From an uncultured Actinomycetota bacterium (GTDB lineage Bacteria; Actinomycetota; Actinomycetes; Actinomycetales; CAVURS01), in contig CAWIBR010000022.1 in the NCBI GenBank assembly GCA_963834425.1, forward strand, positions 11,759 to 75,758: 64,000 nt of DNA. The letters run 5' to 3'. Shown one piece after another: positions 59,200-64,000 of this stretch. Below the pieces are notes generated by a model. The model was not told where the DNA came from, made no database searches, and saw nothing but the letters and a program-made list of their open reading frames with translations. The translations under genes and the position numbers were made by a program. Positions within the stretch are counted from its first letter, which is position 1, and the number at the start of each line of letters is the position of its first letter.

Positions 59200-60118
59200 A
59201 ACGGATCCTCGGGTCGAGGACGGCATACAGCAGGTCGACCAACAGGTTTACCACCAAGATCACCAGCACCAGGATCGTGGTGACCCCGATGACGGTGGCG
59301 TTCTCCCGGATCCGGGTGGCCCGGGCGACCAGCCCGCCGACGCCCTGGATGTTGAAGATGCTCTCGGTGATGATCGCCCCGCCCAGCAGGAAGCCGACGT
59401 CCAGGCCGATGTAGGTGATGACCGGGATCAGCGAGTTCCGGACGACGTGCCGCCGGATCACCAACCGGCGCGGCAGGCCCTTGGCGATGGCGGTCCGCAC
59501 GTGGTCGGCGCCGAGGATCTCGAGCATCGAGCCCCGCATCAGCCGCACCACGAACGCCATCGACAACGTGGCCAGAACGAAGCCGGGCATGATCAGGTCC
59601 GGCCAGGGTGCGCCGTAGCCGACCGTGACCGGGAACAGACCGAGCCGTACGCCGAGGACGTACTGCAACAGGAAGCCGATCACGAAGACCGGCAGCGAGA
59701 TCGCGACCAGCGTGATGATCAGCGCGAAATTGTCGAACCACCCCCCGGGCCGCAAGCCGCTGATGATGCCGGCACCGATCCCGATGAAGATCTCGAACAG
59801 GATCGCGACCGAGGTCAGCTTCAGGGTGATCGGGTAGGCCCGCTTGACCTCGGTGATGACCGACGTGCCGTCGGACGTCGTGCCGAAGTTCCCCTTGGCC
59901 AGCCCGGCCATGTAGTACGCGTATTGAACCGGCAGGGGTTTGTCCAGGTGGAGACGCTGGGTCTCCGCCTGGACAAACGCCGGCGGGCAGGCGCGTTGAC
60001 CGCACCTACCGGCGAACGGGTCGCCCGGCAACGCCCACACCATCGCGAAGATGAGGAAGGTCGTTCCGATCAGGACCGGCACCATCTGAAGGACGCGCCG
60101 GGCGACATACCGCCCCAT
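59192..60118 (-). CDS. ABC transporter permease (OppB/DppB-like)
   Basis: An intact 308-aa ORF starting MGRYVARRVLQMVPVLIGTTFLIFAMVWALPGDP, with the EAA-like loop HVRTAIAKGLPRRLVIRRHVVRNSL. Confidence 0.9.
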   Translation of the reverse strand: MGRYVARRVLQMVPVLIGTTFLIFAMVWALPGDPFAGRCGQRACPPAFVQAETQRLHLDKPLPVQYAYYMAGLAKGNFGTTSDGTSVITEVKRAYPITLKLTSVAILFEIFIGIGAGIISGLRPGGWFDNFALIITLVAISLPVFVIGFLLQYVLGVRLGLFPVTVGYGAPWPDLIMPGFVLATLSMAFVVRLMRGSMLEILGADHVRTAIAKGLPRRLVIRRHVVRNSLIPVITYIGLDVGFLLGGAIITESIFNIQGVGGLVARATRIRENATVIGVTTILVLVILVVNLLVDLLYAVLDPRIRYD

Positions 60119-60136
60119 ATTTTTGAGTTACCTCTC

Positions 60137-61771
60137 TTAGCTCACCGTCACGCTGGTGATGTCCAGGTTCCCGACTGTATCCACCAACACGTTCTTCAGC
60201 CTGGTGGACCAGACAGATTGCTGCGTGTAGTACCACAGCGGGATCACGGACATCGTGTTGGCGAGCAGCGCCTCGGCGGCCTGGTAGTCGGCCAGGGCCT
60301 GGTCACCGGTCTCGCCGTTGGCCTTCTTGATCAGCGCGTCGAACTGCGGGTTGCTGAACAGGCCGTCGTTGGCGCTGGCGCCCGTGGTGTAGAGCGGCTC
60401 CAGGAAGTCCTGGATGTGCGGGTAGTCCTGCGACCAACCGGACCGGAACATGCCGGTCATCTTGTGCGCGCCGATCGCTGCGCGGAACGTCGAGAAGTCG
60501 ACGTACGGCTTGGCGGTGCAGGCCACACCCAGCGTGTTCTTGATGCTGTTGCAGACTGCCTCGGTCCAGGCCTTGTGGTCGGCGTCGGCGTTGTACGCCA
60601 GCGTGAACGGACCCTTGAACTTCGACTGCGCGAGGGCCGCCTTGGCTGCGGTCGGGTTGTAGGTGCAGTACTGCCCACATGCGCCGGCCTTGTAACCGAC
60701 CAGACCCGGTGCGACCCAGCCGGTAGCCGGCTGACGCGATCCGTTGAAGACGGCCTTGATGACGGCCGGACGGTCGATCGCCATCGACAACGCCTTACCC
60801 AGGTTCGGGTCGTTGTAGTTGGGGTCGTAGACCGGCAGCGTGATCGTCTGGATCGCGGTGATCGGGCCGTTCTTGTTCCGGCCCGGGAAGTCGGACTGGT
60901 ACTGGTTGTTGACCAGCTCGCTGGTCGGGACCTGGTTCATGAAGTCCAGGTTGCCGGCCTGCATGTCGGCGTACGCCGCGGTGTCCGTGGTGTACGTCTT
61001 GTAGAAGACCGAGTCGATCTTCGGCTTGTCGGCGCCCTTGTAACCGCTCCAGACGCTCTCGTGGAAGCCGGTGTCACCGTCGCCCGACGTCAACTGCATC
61101 GGACCGTTGCCGATCGGCTTCTTGCCGAAGGCGGCCGGGTCGGTGAAGAACGACGGGGGCAGCGGGAAGAAGCCGCCGTAGCCGACCGCGACCGGGAAGA
61201 ACGACTGCGGCGTCGAGAGCGTGATCGTGAACTCGGTGTCGCTGACCTTCACCAGACCGGACATGGTCTTCGTGGTCGGCGTCGGGGCCACGGTCGAGCC
61301 CTTCGGGGGCGCCGGGTTGAGGGCGTCGTAGCCCTGGATGGCGGCGAAGAAGGTGTTGTTGACCGCGCCGTTGGGGGCGTAGGCCGCCCAGTTCCAGGCG
61401 TTGATGAAGCTGTCGGAGTTGACCGGCGAGCCGTCCTGGAAGGTGTTGCCCGGCTTCAGCTTGACGTCGAACTTCGTGCTGCCGTCGGACGGCGTGATCG
61501 ACTCGGCCATCGCCATCGAGGGCTTGCTGTCGACCGGGCTGTAGTGGACCAGCCCGCGGAAGAGGTCCTGCTGGACCAGGATCCCGCAGGACTCGTTGGT
61601 GTTGGCCGGGACCAATGGGTTCTGCGGCTTGCAGTTGTACACCGTGATGGAGCCGCCGGACTTGGAAGCGCTGCTGCTACCGCCGCCGCTGCTGCCGCCA
61701 CACGCTGTGAGTATGACGGCTAGTGCCGCTGTCCCGGCTGTAGCCAGGGTGAGGATCCTTCTTCGCTGCAT
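60137..61771 (-). CDS. ABC transporter substrate-binding lipoprotein, family 5 (peptide/nickel-binding, OppA-like)
   Basis: ATG at 61771 gives MQRRRILTLATAGTAALAVILTACGGSS (lipobox LTAC). The mature domain of ~520 aa is intact. Confidence 0.85.
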   Translation of the reverse strand: MQRRRILTLATAGTAALAVILTACGGSSGGGSSSASKSGGSITVYNCKPQNPLVPANTNESCGILVQQDLFRGLVHYSPVDSKPSMAMAESITPSDGSTKFDVKLKPGNTFQDGSPVNSDSFINAWNWAAYAPNGAVNNTFFAAIQGYDALNPAPPKGSTVAPTPTTKTMSGLVKVSDTEFTITLSTPQSFFPVAVGYGGFFPLPPSFFTDPAAFGKKPIGNGPMQLTSGDGDTGFHESVWSGYKGADKPKIDSVFYKTYTTDTAAYADMQAGNLDFMNQVPTSELVNNQYQSDFPGRNKNGPITAIQTITLPVYDPNYNDPNLGKALSMAIDRPAVIKAVFNGSRQPATGWVAPGLVGYKAGACGQYCTYNPTAAKAALAQSKFKGPFTLAYNADADHKAWTEAVCNSIKNTLGVACTAKPYVDFSTFRAAIGAHKMTGMFRSGWSQDYPHIQDFLEPLYTTGASANDGLFSNPQFDALIKKANGETGDQALADYQAAEALLANTMSVIPLWYYTQQSVWSTRLKNVLVDTVGNLDITSVTVS

Positions 61772-62140
61772 TGAGCGTCTCCATCCGATCAGTCCGAGTT
61801 GTGATCCGTCGTACGGCCGCGTCCTGCGACGCACAGCCGCTCGGGACACACGCTAGGTCACCCTGAAGCGCCCCAGCGTTGGTCCACGCAATTGTTACCG
61901 CGTTGATTCCCGAGCGCGCGCCAGGGATGGTCACGATCTGGACAACGCCGCCGTACATTAGTGATGATTCGGACACTGGAGGTCGAGATCGGCCGGCTCG
62001 GCGTGAGAAACCGCGCTGAACGGCCGTTCGACAGGCAGATCTCTCGGCGGAGGCGGGCCGGACGAGAAGATGCGAAGACGCCTCCCGCGGGCCCCTAGGA
62101 TGGAGGCCCAACCCCCCAGCCAGATCGAGTCCCTTTCACC

Positions 62141-64000
62141 ATGCCCTTCACCACGCGCGATGACATCCGCAACGTCGCGATCGTCGCGCACGTCGACCAT
62201 GGCAAGACCACCCTCGTCGACGGGATGCTCTGGCAGTCCGGCGCCTTCGGCGAGCACGCGCACATCCAGGAGCGCGCGATGGACTCCGGCGATCTGGAGC
62301 GGGAGAAGGGCATCACGATCCTGGCCAAGAACACGGCCGTGCACTACTCCGGGCCGGCCGCGCCCGAGGGTGGGATGACGATCAACATCATCGACACCCC
62401 GGGCCACGCGGACTTCGGCGGCGAGGTCGAGCGCGGGCTGTCCATGGTCGACGGCGTCGTCCTGCTCGTCGATGCCAGCGAGGGCCCGCTCCCCCAGACC
62501 CGCTTCGTGCTGCGCAAGGCGATCGCCTCGCACCTGCCCGTTGTGCTGGTGATCAACAAGGTGGACCGGCCGGACGCCCGGATCGCCGCCGTGATCGACG
62601 AGACCTACGAGCTGTTCCTGGACCTGGCCGACGACCACGACGATCCCGCGGCCGCCGAGGCGGCGCTGGACTTCCCGATCGTCTACGCCTCGGCCAAGTC
62701 CGGGCGGGCCAGCCTGACCCGGCCGGACGACGGGAGCCAGCCCGACGGGCCGGACCTCGAGCCGCTCTTCCGGACCATCCTGGAGACCATCCCGGCCCCG
62801 TCGTACGACGATTCGGTTCCCTTGCAGGCCCACGTCACCAACCTGGACGCCTCACCGTTCCTGGGCCGGCTGGCGCTGTGTCGCATCCGATCCGGACAGA
62901 TCCGCAAGGGCCAGCAGGTCACCTGGTGCCGGCGCGACGGCAGCCTGACCAAGGTCAAGATCACCGAGCTGCTGATGACCGAGGCGCTCGAGCGCGTGCC
63001 CGCCGAGTCGGCCGGTCCCGGCGACATCATCGCGGTCGCGGGGATCCCGGAGATCACCATCGGCGAGACCCTGGCCGACCCCGACGACGCCCGGCCGCTA
63101 CCGCTGATCACGGTCGACGAGCCGGCCATCTCGATGACCATCGGCACCAACACTTCGCCGCTGGCCGGCCGGGTCAAGGGCAACAAGGTGACGGCGCGCC
63201 TGGTCAAGGACCGCCTCGATCGTGAGCTCGTCGGAAACGTGTCGATCAAGGTGCTGCCCACCGAGCGGCCGGACACCTGGGAGGTGCAGGGTCGCGGTGA
63301 GCTGGCACTGGCCATCCTCGTGGAGACCATGCGCCGCGAGGGCTTCGAGCTGACCGTCGGCAAGCCACAGGTGGTCACCCAACTGATCGACGGCAAGCTG
63401 CACGAGCCCGTCGAGCGGCTGACCATCGACACCCCCGAGGAGTACCTCGGTGCCATCACCCAGCTGCTCGCGGCGCGCAAGGGCCGGATGGAGCAGATGA
63501 CCAACCACGGCACGGGGTGGGTCCGGATGGAGTTCCTGATCCCGGCCCGTGGCCTGATCGGCTTCCGCACCGACTTCCTGACCGACACCCGTGGCACGGG
63601 CATCGCCCACCACGTCTTCGAGGGTTACGAGCCGTGGGCGGGCGACATGCGCACCCGGCCGACCGGCTCGCTGGTGGCCGACCGTGCGGGGGCGGCCACG
63701 TCGTACGCGATGTTCAACCTGCAGGAGCGCGGCACCCTCTTCGTCGAGCCGACCACCGAGGTCTACGAGGGGATGATCGTCGGCGAGAACTCCCGAGCCG
63801 ACGACATGGACGTCAACATCACCAAGGAGAAGAAGCTCACCAACGTGCGCCAGTCCACGGGTGAGGAGCTGGAGCGCCTGGTGCCGCCGCGCCGGCTTTC
63901 GCTCGAGCAGTCGTTGGAGTTCTGCCGCGACGACGAGTGCGTCGAGGTCACGCCGGACTTTGTCCGGCTGCGGACCGTGGTGCTGCCGTCCGTCGACCGG
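62141..64000 (+). CDS. typA: translational GTPase TypA/BipA. The 3' end runs off the window, so the gene is absent from the ORF track.
   Basis: Hand translation from ATG 62141 is open for all 620 codons to the window end. Motifs: [76 protein letters not shown]. Confidence 0.9.
   Translation, partial: MPFTTRDDIRNVAIVAHVDHGKTTLVDGMLWQSGAFGEHAHIQERAMDSGDLEREKGITILAKNTAVHYSGPAAPEGGMTINIIDTPGHADFGGEVERGLSMVDGVVLLVDASEGPLPQTRFVLRKAIASHLPVVLVINKVDRPDARIAAVIDETYELFLDLADDHDDPAAAEAALDFPIVYASAKSGRASLTRPDDGSQPDGPDLEPLFRTILETIPAPSYDDSVPLQAHVTNLDASPFLGRLALCRIRSGQIRKGQQVTWCRRDGSLTKVKITELLMTEALERVPAESAGPGDIIAVAGIPEITIGETLADPDDARPLPLITVDEPAISMTIGTNTSPLAGRVKGNKVTARLVKDRLDRELVGNVSIKVLPTERPDTWEVQGRGELALAILVETMRREGFELTVGKPQVVTQLIDGKLHEPVERLTIDTPEEYLGAITQLLAARKGRMEQMTNHGTGWVRMEFLIPARGLIGFRTDFLTDTRGTGIAHHVFEGYEPWAGDMRTRPTGSLVADRAGAATSYAMFNLQERGTLFVEPTTEVYEGMIVGENSRADDMDVNITKEKKLTNVRQSTGEELERLVPPRRLSLEQSLEFCRDDECVEVTPDFVRLRTVVLPSVDR

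Noticed and set aside
61961-62098. A small plus-strand ORF (about 45 codons, MIRTLEVEIGRLGVRNRAERPF...) in the typA upstream region, considered as a possible leader peptide or small protein.
   Set aside because: There is no Shine-Dalgarno sequence, third-position GC bias is only moderate, and the composition is Arg-rich and noise-like. I recognise no family.

Overview
This is a very GC-rich actinobacterial chromosome segment. Gene content and order resemble three mycobacterial neighbourhoods (recalled from memory): adnAB-moeZ-TetR-DUF3107-rhlE, OMT-sigE-rseA-htrA-tatB...mrp, and dapE/dapD, dapC-fdxA, typA. The overall look is Nocardioides/Propionibacteriales-like, but that is only a guess. 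I support about 60 protein-coding genes, almost all housekeeping: DNA repair, Lys/DAP biosynthesis, TCA, envelope stress, transporters and CoA-ester metabolism. I recognised no rRNA, tRNA, CRISPR array, transposase or integrase. The only selfish-element-like gene is a DUF222/HNH endonuclease gene. It sits between mrp and tatB and has a perfect LexA (SOS) box inside a consensus-like, apparently leaderless promoter. The largest-scale signal is about 17 reading-frame breaks in otherwise recognisable genes, mostly single-base changes in short G/C runs. Six of them fall within about 1.7 kb of the peptide ABC transporter operon. These are either assembly indels or real gene decay, and the sequence alone cannot decide. 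I did not find a convincing novel multi-gene system. The modest candidates are an orphan small-membrane-ORF plus secreted-domain locus with an AT-rich palindrome, a split MgtE-like sensor coupled to a DUF1003 membrane protein, an FtsH-like AAA/M41 paralogue with an expanded ATPase module, and a PHP / Fe-S PD-(D/E)XK nuclease / Zn-ribbon cluster. All translations, motif matches and coordinates were made by eye from the sequence and the ORF track, with no database search.
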